NCBI GenBank assembly: GCA_003135555.1
Contig: PLCF01000097.1
Span: 1 to 12,806 of the forward strand
From: Vulcanimicrobiota bacterium
GTDB lineage: Bacteria; Vulcanimicrobiota; Vulcanimicrobiia; Vulcanimicrobiales; Vulcanimicrobiaceae
Length of the DNA: 12,806 nt
Direction of reading: 5' to 3'
The translations under genes and the position numbers were made by a program. Positions 1 to 7,669 of the stretch are shown here, in pieces. Numbering within the stretch: the first letter of the stretch is position 1; every line of letters begins with the position of its first letter. The notes under the pieces are model-generated. The model made no database searches and was not told where the DNA came from. It saw only the letters and a program-made list of their open reading frames with translations.

Positions 1-743
1 CCGACTTCCGGGGCGATCGCCCGAATCTTGTTCTCCGGCAGCCCGAGCACCACCGCGAGCTGCGTGCGCAGCAGATGCGGGATCTGCGTCGCCGAGTAGA
101 TGGTGAGCTGCTGCATCCCGGCATCGTAGTTCGCGACGATCGAGCGCGTCTCGATCGGGACCGGCGCCACGCGCTGGTTGACGATGCGCTGCTTGATGGT
201 GACGTCGGCCTCGGCGAAAGCCTTGTCGGTGTCACCGGCGGCGAACGGCATGGTGAAGGCGACGTTGGTCCCGAGGGTCTCGTGCACGTAGGGCGGACCG
301 GCTGCGGCTTTCTCGGGATCGACGACTACCGGCAGCTCCGCGTACTCGACGGCGACGAGCTCGGCGGCGTCGCGGGCCGAATACGGCGAGTCGGCGACGA
401 CCACCGCAACCGCCTCGCCGACGAAACGCACTTCGTCGAGCGCGAGCATGTAGTGCGGCGGCGTCTTGAGGTCGGGCATCTTGTGAGCGACCGGCAGCGA
501 CGACTTCAAGCCGTGCGCGTGGTGGAGATCGTCGCCGGTATAGACGGCACGCACGCGCGGATCAGCCTTGGCCGCCGCGACGTCGATGGCGGTGATCTTG
601 GCGTGCCCGTACGGGCTGCGCACGAACGCGGCGTACACGGTACCGACCTGCCGCACATCGTCGACGTAGGTCGCTCGGCCGGTGATGAGGCGGGGATCTT
701 CGCGGCGCCGAATGCGCGCGCCGACCATCGTCGTGAACGCCAT
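1..743 (-). CDS. coxL: Xanthine dehydrogenase / aerobic CO dehydrogenase family molybdopterin-binding large subunit (CoxL/CutL-like, form II-like), 5' part; runs off the left edge
   Basis: Not in the ORF track because it is truncated. Translated by hand from the ATG at 743, which overlaps the coxS stop as [34 protein letters not shown]...FVRSPYGHAKI...VRFVGEAVAVVVA...TQIPH...IRAIAPEVG. The R-EDPRL-TG-x-x-YVDD, RSP-x-x-HA, RFVGE-VA-V and TQ-PH motifs and the start of the VGGGFG motif are hallmarks of this family. Confidence 0.93.
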   Translation of the reverse strand, partial: MAFTTMVGARIRRREDPRLITGRATYVDDVRQVGTVYAAFVRSPYGHAKITAIDVAAAKADPRVRAVYTGDDLHHAHGLKSSLPVAHKMPDLKTPPHYMLALDEVRFVGEAVAVVVADSPYSARDAAELVAVEYAELPVVVDPEKAAAGPPYVHETLGTNVAFTMPFAAGDTDKAFAEADVTIKQRIVNQRVAPVPIETRSIVANYDAGMQQLTIYSATQIPHLLRTQLAVVLGLPENKIRAIAPEV

Positions 744-1318
744 TACACGTGCGCTCCCTGGAGCGCCGGCGGGATGATGCCCTCACCGCTGGGGGGCGGT
801 TCCTCCGCCGGCGGGTGGATCGGCATGAGGTCGCGCACGCTGTGCTGCGGCGTCCCGGCGCGCATCGCGGCACCGGCGGCGCGCACGGCCTTGACGATGT
901 TCTCGTAACCGGTGCAGCGGCACAAGTTGCCTTCGAGCCCGGCCCGGATCTCGTCGTCGCTGGGATCCGCGTTTCGGCGCAGCAGATCGACCGCGCTCAC
1001 GATCATCCCCGGCGTGCAGTATCCGCATTGCAGCCCGTGCGCGGACCAGAACGCTTCTTGCATCGCGTGCAGCGAATCGGCGTTTCCGATCCCTTCGATC
1101 GTCGTGACGTCGTGTCCGGCGGCCTGCACCGCGAACACCGTGCAGCTCTTCACCGAAACGCCGTCGAGCAGCACGGTACACGCGCCGCAACTCGACGTGT
1201 CGCAACCGATATGCGTCCCCGTCAAGTTCAAGTAGTCGCGCAACGCGTGCGCGAGGAGCAAGCGCGGTTCGACGTTTAACGCCGTTCGCTTCCCGTTGAC
1301 GGTCAGATCGATCTGCAT
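743..1318 (-). CDS. coxS: (2Fe-2S)-binding small subunit of CO dehydrogenase/xanthine dehydrogenase family (CoxS/CutS-like), 191 aa
   Basis: Motifs [16 protein letters not shown]...SC and QCGYCTPG...GNLCRCTGY give two [2Fe-2S] clusters. Start chosen at ATG 1318 (MQIDLTVNG), which has GGAG shortly upstream. The ORF-track start at 1450 overlaps the divergent coxD. Confidence 0.95.
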   Translation of the reverse strand: MQIDLTVNGKRTALNVEPRLLLAHALRDYLNLTGTHIGCDTSSCGACTVLLDGVSVKSCTVFAVQAAGHDVTTIEGIGNADSLHAMQEAFWSAHGLQCGYCTPGMIVSAVDLLRRNADPSDDEIRAGLEGNLCRCTGYENIVKAVRAAGAAMRAGTPQHSVRDLMPIHPPAEEPPPSGEGIIPPALQGAHV

Positions 1319-1406
1319 GCGGCGCATCTCCGTGGAAAAGCGGTGGACCGGGGAGCTACCGATGCCACGCCGGAATATCCTTGCGTCTTCCCGAACCGCC
1401 TCGGCC
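1319..1406. promoter_or_regulatory. Probable divergent promoter region (88 bp) between coxS-coxL and coxD-E-F-G
   Basis: It is the only gap between head-to-head genes. It contains the GGAG RBS for coxS and an AT-richer near-palindrome GGAATATCC (about 1372-1380). No confident -35/-10 assignment. Confidence 0.5.
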
Positions 1407-2312
1407 ATGCCGGAACCCGTCGACGTCGACGATCTCCGCCAACGCCTCATGCGAGCGGGATACGTCGCCGATGCCGGGCTGGCGACGGCGCTCGCATGTG
1501 CCGTAAGCTTGGAACGAGCTGTGCTGCTCGAAGGGGACGCGGGGGTCGGAAAGACCGACGCGGCGCGCGCCCTGGCGACGGTGTTCGGCGCGGAGCTGCT
1601 GCGGCTGCAGTGCTACGAAGGGCTCGACCTCGCGGCGGCGGCCTACGACTGGAACTACGGCAAGCAGCTGTTGGCGATTCGGACCGCCGAGTCGCGCTCG
1701 AGCGGCTCGGAATCTGCGCAGGATCACATTCCCGACCTCTACGCCGACGAGTTCCTCATCCGGCGTCCGCTCCTCGCCGCGCTGGGCGCCGTGCGCCCGC
1801 GCGGCGTGGTCCTGCTCGTCGACGAGATCGATCGTGCGGACGACGAGTTCGAGGCGTTCCTGCTCGAGTTTCTGGCCGACTTTGCCATGTCGATCCCCGA
1901 GCGGGGCACCGTCGCCGCCCTCCACCGGCCGATCGTGGTGCTGACGTCGAACCGCACCCGCGATCTGCACGATGCGCTCAAGCGGCGCTGCTTCTACCAC
2001 TGGATCGGGCACCCGTCGGTCGAGCGGGAGATCGAGATCTTGCGCCTGCACCTGCCGCAGCTTGCGCCGGCCCTGGCCGCGGACGTTGCGCGGGCCTCCG
2101 CCGCGCTGCGCGAGCACGGGTTGCGCAAGGCGCCGGGGATCGCCGAGTCGCTGGATTGGGCCCAGACGCTCGCGCTGCTGGGGGCTGCCCGGCTCGACGC
2201 GGCGGTCTTCGAGCCGTCGCTGGGCAGCGTGCTCAAGTACCCCGAGGATCTGCAGCAGGCGCGCGCATCGGCGCCGGCGATCCTGGCGGCGGCGCGCGGC
2301 GCCACGGGGTGA
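1407..2312 (+). CDS. coxD: MoxR-family AAA+ ATPase (CoxD-like chaperone), 301 aa
   Basis: Walker [21 protein letters not shown]...YDWNY-KQLL, Walker [20 protein letters not shown] and [17 protein letters not shown]. These are typical of CoxD-type MoxR proteins, and the gene is paired with a VWA gene. Start at ATG 1407 ([10 protein letters not shown]). Confidence 0.93.
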   Translation: MPEPVDVDDLRQRLMRAGYVADAGLATALACAVSLERAVLLEGDAGVGKTDAARALATVFGAELLRLQCYEGLDLAAAAYDWNYGKQLLAIRTAESRSSGSESAQDHIPDLYADEFLIRRPLLAALGAVRPRGVVLLVDEIDRADDEFEAFLLEFLADFAMSIPERGTVAALHRPIVVLTSNRTRDLHDALKRRCFYHWIGHPSVEREIEILRLHLPQLAPALAADVARASAALREHGLRKAPGIAESLDWAQTLALLGAARLDAAVFEPSLGSVLKYPEDLQQARASAPAILAAARGATG

Positions 2313-3460
2313 ACGGGCTCGACGAAGCCGCGCTCGCGGCCGGCTTCGACCGCGCGCTGCGCAACCGCGGCGTGGCGGCCGGTCCGCGCCGGGCCCAGAC
2401 CTTCGCGGAGGTGCTGCGCGTGCTGCCGCCGGAGTCGGCGCCGGCGGCGTACTGGCGGGCGCGCACCGCGATGCTGCCGTCGATCGACGATCTCGCGGCG
2501 TTCCAGGCGGCGTTTCTGGACTTCTTCGGCTCGCTCGGCGACGCCGGCGCCCTGAGGCGGTTGGTACGCAGCGTCGACGCGCCGGCCCCTGCGCGCAGCC
2601 CCGACGCCCCCAAACGCGAGACGCCGCCGGCACCCGGGGAGCAGCCGGCCGGAGACCGGCTCGCCGAGCGTGCGCCGACGCGCTGGATCGTCGCGTCGAG
2701 CGAGCAGCGCCTCAGCGACAAACCCTTCGAGGAGCTCGACGAGCGCGAGCGCGCGGCGATGCTCGCGCTGATCGCCCGCGTCCGGGTCGCCGGCGAGTAC
2801 CGGACCTCGCGGCGGCGGCGGCGGCACGCGCGCGGCGACCGGTTCGACTTTCGCGGCACCCTGCGCGCCGCGGCCCGGACGGCCGGCGAGCTCGTCCGCC
2901 GGAGCGCCACCCGGCGGCGCGAGCGGCTGCGTCCGCTCATCTTCCTCGTCGACGTGTCCGGCTCGATGGCGCCCTTCGCGCGCGCCTTGCTGCAGTACGC
3001 GCGGGTGACCGCGGTCGCGCGGCCGCGGGTGCGGGCGCTCGCGTTTGCGACGCAGCTGACCGACCTCACGCCGCTGCTGCGCCACGCCGGGGACGACCGG
3101 CTGATGGCGGCCTTGGGCGCGGCGGTGCGTGACTACGGCGGCGGCACCCGCATCGGGGCGGCGCTGCGCGCCTTCAACGACGGGTTGGGCCGGCGCGGCG
3201 CGGCTCGCGGCGGAACGGTCGTGCTGCTCTCGGACGGCTGGGAGCGCGACGATCCGCAGCTCGTCGGCAGCGAGATGGCGCGGCTGCGCAAGCTGTGCCG
3301 GCGCATCGTCTGGGTGAACCCCCACAAGCGTCACCCTGCCTACGAGCCGCTGGCACGAGGGATGGCCGCGGCCCTACCGTATCTCGACGCGTTCGTGTCG
3401 GGTCATAGCTTGCACACGCTGGAAGAAGTCGCGGACGCGATCGAAGGGAGAGCGAGATGA
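2309..3460 (+). CDS. coxE: VWA domain-containing CoxE-like protein, 383 aa
   Basis: GTG start overlaps the coxD stop (GTGA). MIDAS motif LVDVSGSM, FATQLT, GGGTRIGAAL, LLSDGWE, IVWVNPH and PLARGMAAALPYLD match CoxE-family proteins. Confidence 0.92.
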   Translation: MNGLDEAALAAGFDRALRNRGVAAGPRRAQTFAEVLRVLPPESAPAAYWRARTAMLPSIDDLAAFQAAFLDFFGSLGDAGALRRLVRSVDAPAPARSPDAPKRETPPAPGEQPAGDRLAERAPTRWIVASSEQRLSDKPFEELDERERAAMLALIARVRVAGEYRTSRRRRRHARGDRFDFRGTLRAAARTAGELVRRSATRRRERLRPLIFLVDVSGSMAPFARALLQYARVTAVARPRVRALAFATQLTDLTPLLRHAGDDRLMAALGAAVRDYGGGTRIGAALRAFNDGLGRRGAARGGTVVLLSDGWERDDPQLVGSEMARLRKLCRRIVWVNPHKRHPAYEPLARGMAAALPYLDAFVSGHSLHTLEEVADAIEGRAR

Positions 3461-3771
3461 TCGACGTGCTCGATGCGATCGAACGGTGGCGCGCCGAAGG
3501 GCAACGCGTCGCGATCGCGACCGTCGTCGGCGTCGAGAAGTCCGCGCCGCGCGACCCCGGTGCCGTGCTGGCCGTCAACGAGCGCGGCGACGTCGCCGGC
3601 TCGGTCAGCGGCGGCTGCGTCGAGTCGGCGGTCTACGAGGAGGCGCAGGACGCGATCGCCGGCGGCCGGCCGCGCCTGGTGACCTACGGGATCAGCGATG
3701 CCGACGCGATCTCGGTCGGCCTGACCTGCGGCGGGACGATCCACGTCTTCGTCGAGCGGCTCGACTGGTGA
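3457..3771 (+). CDS. XdhC/CoxF family protein, stand-alone N-terminal domain, 104 aa
   Basis: ATVV-x-VEKSAPR-x-PGA, GSVSGGCVE and GLTCGG-x-IHVFVE are the XdhC N-terminal motifs. ATGA overlap with coxE and a GGGAG RBS upstream. Confidence 0.9.
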   Translation: MIDVLDAIERWRAEGQRVAIATVVGVEKSAPRDPGAVLAVNERGDVAGSVSGGCVESAVYEEAQDAIAGGRPRLVTYGISDADAISVGLTCGGTIHVFVERLDW

Positions 3772-4562
3772 TCTTCGAGCGCCTCGCGGCGGCGCTGCGC
3801 GCCGACCGTCCCGTCGCGCTGGTGACCCGGCTCGACGGCGCGCACGCCGGCGCGAAGCTGCTCGTGTCCGAGGACGACGCGCACGGCGATCTGGGAACGC
3901 ACCTGCTCAACGCAGCGGCGGTCGGCGAGGCGCGCGCGCTGCTGGCGGTCGGCGAAAACGCGTTGCGGTCGTTCGGCGAGCACGGCGAACCGGTCGGCGT
4001 CGAGGTGCGGCTCTTCATCGAGGCGTTCGCGCCCAAACCGGTGATGTACGTCTTCGGGGCGATCGACTTCTCGCGCGCGATGGCGCGGATCGGAAAGTAC
4101 CTCGGCTACCACGTTACGGTAGTCGACGCGCGGCCGGTCTTCGCGACCAAGCAGCGCCTCCCCGACGCCGACGAGGTGGTCGTGGCGTGGCCCGACGAGT
4201 TCTTGTCGCGGGCGCCCGTCAACGCGCGCACTGCGCTCATCGTGCTCACCCACGACGTCAAGTTCGACATCCCGCTGCTGCAGGTCGCGCTGCGCACGCC
4301 GGCGGGCTACATCGGAGCCATGGGCAGCCGCCGCACGCACGCCAACCGCGTCGAAGAGCTACGCCGGGTTGGGATCTCGGAGCAGGATCTGGCGCGTATC
4401 AGCGCGCCGATCGGGCTCGACATCGGTGCCCGCACGCCCGAGGAAACCGCCATCTCGATCGCCGCCGAGATCATCGCGACGCGCGAGCAACGCGCCGGCG
4501 GACGGCTGAGCGACGGCTCGGAGCCGGTGCACAACGCGCGCGCTCCGGCGACGCCGGCGTGA
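3768..4562 (+). CDS. XdhC/CoxF family protein, second XdhC/CoxI-like domain plus C-terminal Rossmann domain, 264 aa
   Basis: GTG at 3768 overlaps the upstream TGA. Motifs VFGAIDFS, VTVVDARPVFAT, VLTHD-x-KFD, YIGAMGSRRTH and PIGLDIGARTPEETAISIAAEII are the XdhC C-terminal signatures. Confidence 0.92.
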   Translation: MIFERLAAALRADRPVALVTRLDGAHAGAKLLVSEDDAHGDLGTHLLNAAAVGEARALLAVGENALRSFGEHGEPVGVEVRLFIEAFAPKPVMYVFGAIDFSRAMARIGKYLGYHVTVVDARPVFATKQRLPDADEVVVAWPDEFLSRAPVNARTALIVLTHDVKFDIPLLQVALRTPAGYIGAMGSRRTHANRVEELRRVGISEQDLARISAPIGLDIGARTPEETAISIAAEIIATREQRAGGRLSDGSEPVHNARAPATPA

Positions 4563-4999
4563 TCATCAGCGACGCCTTCGACGTGCCGGCACCGCTCGAA
4601 CGCGTGTGGCCGCTGCTCAAGGACATCCCCAAGGTCGCCGCCTGCATCCCGCGCGCCGAGGTGACCGAGGTGATCGACGACCACACCTACCGCGCCAAGG
4701 TCTCGGTGAAGGTGGGGCCCGTCGAGGTCAGCTATCGCGCCGTGATCGACGTCGTCTCGCTCGACGACGCGACGCACACCGCGACTTTCAAGGTCAAGGG
4801 CGACGAGCTGCGCGGCCGCGGCGGCGTGACCGCGACGGTGGTGTCGACCGCGACCGAACGCGGCGGCAAGACCCACGTCGACCTGCGCACCGACGCGCAG
4901 ATCAGCGGAATCGTCGCCTCGATCGGTGGACGACTGATCGAAGGCGTCGCGCAGAAAACCGTCACGCAGTTCGCCGTGAACCTGTCAAAACTGCTCTAG
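4559..4999 (+). CDS. coxG: SRPBCC (START-like) family protein, CoxG-like, 146 aa
   Basis: GTG start overlapping the upstream stop. F-x-VPAP-x-ERVW-x-x-L-x-D-x-x-x-VAACIP, VKVGPV and G-x-VASIGGRLI...QFA-NL are CoxG-type SRPBCC patterns, and the gene sits in a cox accessory operon. Confidence 0.88.
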   Translation: MIISDAFDVPAPLERVWPLLKDIPKVAACIPRAEVTEVIDDHTYRAKVSVKVGPVEVSYRAVIDVVSLDDATHTATFKVKGDELRGRGGVTATVVSTATERGGKTHVDLRTDAQISGIVASIGGRLIEGVAQKTVTQFAVNLSKLL

Positions 5000-5015
5000 C
5001 AGAAAGGCCCGAGCG

Positions 5016-5426
5016 ATGGAACTCGAACCCTATCTCCATTTCGGCGGCGACTGCGAAGAGGCGCTGAACTTCTACAAGGGCGTCTTCGGTGGGGAGTTCA
5101 CGGTGAACCGCTTCGAAGGCTCGCCGCTGACCGCGGAGTTTCCGCCCGACTACGGCAACAAGATCATGCACGCGAACTTCTCGTCGCCGAGCCTGAAGTT
5201 CATGGCCGCGGATGGGAGGCCCGGCAGTGCGCACGCGGGCGGCGGTCGCGTCTCCCTTGCACTCGGCGGCTCGGTCGATGACGGACAGCATGCCTTCGAC
5301 GCGCTCGCGGAAGGCGGTACCGTCGTGGTGCCGTACCAGAAGATGTTCTGGGGCGCGACGTTCGGCCAGCTCACCGACAAGTTCGGGATCGAATGGATGG
5401 TGAACTGCTCGGACGATGAGCCGTAG
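5016..5426 (+). CDS. VOC/glyoxalase superfamily protein, PhnB/YjdN-like, 136 aa
   Basis: PYLHFGGDCEEALNFYKGVFGG...IMHA...FDALAEGG...FWGATFGQLTDKFGIEWMVN. AAAGG RBS upstream. Confidence 0.92.
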   Translation: MELEPYLHFGGDCEEALNFYKGVFGGEFTVNRFEGSPLTAEFPPDYGNKIMHANFSSPSLKFMAADGRPGSAHAGGGRVSLALGGSVDDGQHAFDALAEGGTVVVPYQKMFWGATFGQLTDKFGIEWMVNCSDDEP

Positions 5427-5438
5427 CGTGCTTACACC

Positions 5439-6431
5439 GTGAGGACCGGCTTTAGCCAAGCAGGTTTGGCCGCTGCGACGGCACTGGCGTTGCTCGCGCT
5501 TTCCGCCGCTCGCGTAAGCGCAGAGCCGGCGGGACTGGAATACGATGAGATAACGTGGGTCTCCGCCGATCCGGCCTCACATCTGCCCGGCAGCTTCCAA
5601 GGCGATCTGGCCGCGATCAAGGTTGCTCTGTTGAACGGAGAATTGGGCTCCGCCGACTCGCGTAAGCGGGTGGCGGAAATCTTCAAAGAAGCGTCGGATC
5701 CGGCCAGGCGATTGGAAATGAGTGCACTTGGCCGGATTCCCGGTGTTGGAGTGCTTGCTGTTCTCATCGCGTCAAACGCACAGCAGGTAAAGCTGAGAAG
5801 CGAGCTGCGCGGTCCGGTGGAGGCCCAGGTGGCGGCCCTTCGCCTCGAACAACAACTCGGGAAGTGGTACCACGTCACGTACCTAAACGGCTGGACTCGT
5901 CGCGAGGACGTGTCCAACCAAACGGTCCTCATTGTCAAACCCGATCAAGATACGCGAATCTATCTCGATCTGGCGCTGCAGACCTATTACACGGCGACCG
6001 CAAATGCGCCGGGAAGCAGCGCCTCGTCGCGTGCAATGCTCTGCTCACCGTCCACAACCGTCAATCGAGGAGCCCAGGTGCTGGACGGCGTTCCGACGGA
6101 TATTTTCGAGACGACGTTCGATGCGAACGGTACATCGGCGGTGATTACGCGATACGAATCCCCCTTCACCGAGCCTCCGAAGCGCGACGCAGCGGGGAAC
6201 CTGATACCGTTCGATTGTCCGGGCGCGCCGACCCATACCGGACCTGCAATGCCCATCGACCGTGTCGCGCTGTACCAGACGGTGTTCGTGCGTTCCGGCT
6301 CAAACTCGGTTACGACGGTCAACGAGGACGGCAACATCAAGCGCACGGACCCCGAGCCGGCACTGTTCGAAGTGCCCCCCGGCTTTGCCAAGAAATCTCC
6401 GTTCGACGTAATCCGTCACCCTGGGCCGTAA
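5439..6431 (+). CDS. Hypothetical exported protein (signal peptide; possibly DUF4412/LolA-like beta-sheet fold), 330 aa
   Basis: The only long ORF filling the gap. N-terminus MRTGFSQAGLAAATALALLALSAARVSA|EP looks like a Sec signal peptide. The C-terminal PALFEVPPGF and the internal TVLIVKPDQDTRIYLDLALQTYY resemble DUF4412-type proteins. The start codon is uncertain because there is no clear RBS. Confidence 0.75.
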   Translation: MRTGFSQAGLAAATALALLALSAARVSAEPAGLEYDEITWVSADPASHLPGSFQGDLAAIKVALLNGELGSADSRKRVAEIFKEASDPARRLEMSALGRIPGVGVLAVLIASNAQQVKLRSELRGPVEAQVAALRLEQQLGKWYHVTYLNGWTRREDVSNQTVLIVKPDQDTRIYLDLALQTYYTATANAPGSSASSRAMLCSPSTTVNRGAQVLDGVPTDIFETTFDANGTSAVITRYESPFTEPPKRDAAGNLIPFDCPGAPTHTGPAMPIDRVALYQTVFVRSGSNSVTTVNEDGNIKRTDPEPALFEVPPGFAKKSPFDVIRHPGP

Positions 6432-6450
6432 CGAACACGCAGGGCGTTCG
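6432..6450. terminator. Possible weak hairpin between convergent genes
   Basis: CGAAC...GTTCG inverted repeat (CGAACACGCAGGGCGTTCG) fills most of the 23-bp gap between two stop codons. There is no U-tract. Confidence 0.25.
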
Positions 6451-6454
6451 ACGC

Positions 6455-7669
6455 TCAGCGCAAGATGCCGGTGTGGCCGAGGGAGTAGCGGCCGGGGAGC
6501 GGCCAGACGGCGAGCCCGTGCGGTTGGGTCCCGACCGGGATCTGCCGCACCTTGCCGTGCACGGTGTCGATGGCGTACACCACGTCGTCGTAGCGGCCCG
6601 ATAGCCACAGCGTGCGCCCGTCCGCGCTGACGTTGCCCATGTCGGGGCTGCCGCCCCCGGGGATCGGCCAGCGCGCCACGATGCGATGCGTCTTGAAGTC
6701 GATCACGCTGATCCCGCCGGCGAGACTGTGGCGCATGCCGTGGAGGGAATGCGAGCCGCGATTGGCGACGTAGAGCCGCTTGCCGTCACGGCTCGGATAC
6801 AGCCCGTGCGGCGCGACGCCCGTCGCGATGAAGCCGGTCCTGCGGAAACGATCGCCGTCGACGACGAAGACGCCGTCGGCGCGCATCCCGGCGACGAAGA
6901 ACGTCCGGCCGTCGGGCCCGGCGCGCACGTCTTGCGGCATGCTGCCCGACGGCAGTTGAAGATAGCCGAGCACGGTGCGATGGACCATGTCGATCTTCGC
7001 CAACCGGTCGTTGAACTCGCACGTGAACAGCGCGTAGCGGCCGTCGGCGGAGTAGTCGGCGTGGTTGATCCCCGCGCAACCCGGTGTGACCAGCGACGCG
7101 CGCAGCACCATCGTGTGCGGATCGCGGAAGTCCAGCCGCATGCGCCGTTCGGCCACGACGACCGCGGACTTGCCGTCCGGCGTGAAGTACATGTTGTACG
7201 GGTCGTCGACGTCGAACGGCCGGCCCGGACGGCCGGTGCGCGGGTCGATCGGCGTCACGCTGCCGTCTGGGCGCCCCTCGGCCGTGTTCGTCACCCACAG
7301 CGTGCGCAGGTCCCATGAGGGCACGACGTGTTGCGGGCTGCGCCCCGCGGCGAAGCGTTGAACGACCCGAAACGTGGCCGGATCGATCACGTAGACCGAG
7401 CCACCGAGGTTGGGGACGTAGACCCGCCGCAGGTCCCGCGCGACCCGCGGCGCGAGATGCCCAGCCGACGTCTCGCTGAAGATGTTGCGTGGATCGACGA
7501 CCCGCGGCATCCCCGGCACGGTCACGACGTGCGGGGTCGCACGAGCCGCCGGGCGGTGAACGGCGCTGGAAGGCGTGCTGACGGGCACGCCGCGTTGCGG
7601 CGGTCGAGAACACCCGGCGACAATGGTCGAGACGACAAAAACGACGACCGTAAAAAAGATCCGGCCCAC
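6455..7669 (-). CDS. YncE/YVTN-family beta-propeller protein, predicted lipoprotein, 404 aa
   Basis: Signal peptide with lipobox IVAG|C and a Pro-rich linker. Repeated blade motifs: RVYVPN...VYVIDP, PQHVVPSWD-x-RTLWVTN, PYNMYFTPDG, PHGLYPSRDGKRLYVAN...ISVID, VSADGRTLWLS...VYAID and VGTQPHGL. An in-frame TGA lies immediately upstream of the GTG at 7669. Confidence 0.88.
   Translation of the reverse strand: MGRIFFTVVVFVVSTIVAGCSRPPQRGVPVSTPSSAVHRPAARATPHVVTVPGMPRVVDPRNIFSETSAGHLAPRVARDLRRVYVPNLGGSVYVIDPATFRVVQRFAAGRSPQHVVPSWDLRTLWVTNTAEGRPDGSVTPIDPRTGRPGRPFDVDDPYNMYFTPDGKSAVVVAERRMRLDFRDPHTMVLRASLVTPGCAGINHADYSADGRYALFTCEFNDRLAKIDMVHRTVLGYLQLPSGSMPQDVRAGPDGRTFFVAGMRADGVFVVDGDRFRRTGFIATGVAPHGLYPSRDGKRLYVANRGSHSLHGMRHSLAGGISVIDFKTHRIVARWPIPGGGSPDMGNVSADGRTLWLSGRYDDVVYAIDTVHGKVRQIPVGTQPHGLAVWPLPGRYSLGHTGILR

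Noticed and set aside
75..1279. Long plus-strand ORFs 75..908 and 749..1279
   Set aside because: They are antisense shadows of coxL/coxS in high-GC DNA and carry no recognisable motifs.
1319..1406. Possible Moco/tungsten-cofactor riboswitch or RBS-sequestering hairpin upstream of coxS (GCATC/GATGC and CGGT/ACCG pairings)
   Set aside because: The region is short and must also hold promoters. Stems of 4-5 bp are expected by chance at this GC content, and I recognised no riboswitch consensus.
1343..3460. 705-aa ORF suggesting a giant VWA protein overlapping coxD
   Set aside because: The first roughly 320 aa are an Arg/Gly-rich off-frame read of coxD. The real coxE starts at GTG 2309.
3760..3775. 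Pseudogene, selenocysteine readthrough or programmed frameshift at the XdhC junction
   Set aside because: The downstream part is in a different frame, so TGA readthrough would not join the two. There is no slippery sequence, and the GTGA overlap matches the other junctions in the operon.
5016..5426. Phosphonate utilisation inferred from the PhnB-like gene
   Set aside because: PhnB/YjdN-like VOC proteins are widespread, and no other phn genes are present.
5427..6454. Mobile element or cassette boundaries around the orphan gene
   Set aside because: No transposase or integrase, terminal inverted repeats, convincing target-site duplication or attC-like structure was found.
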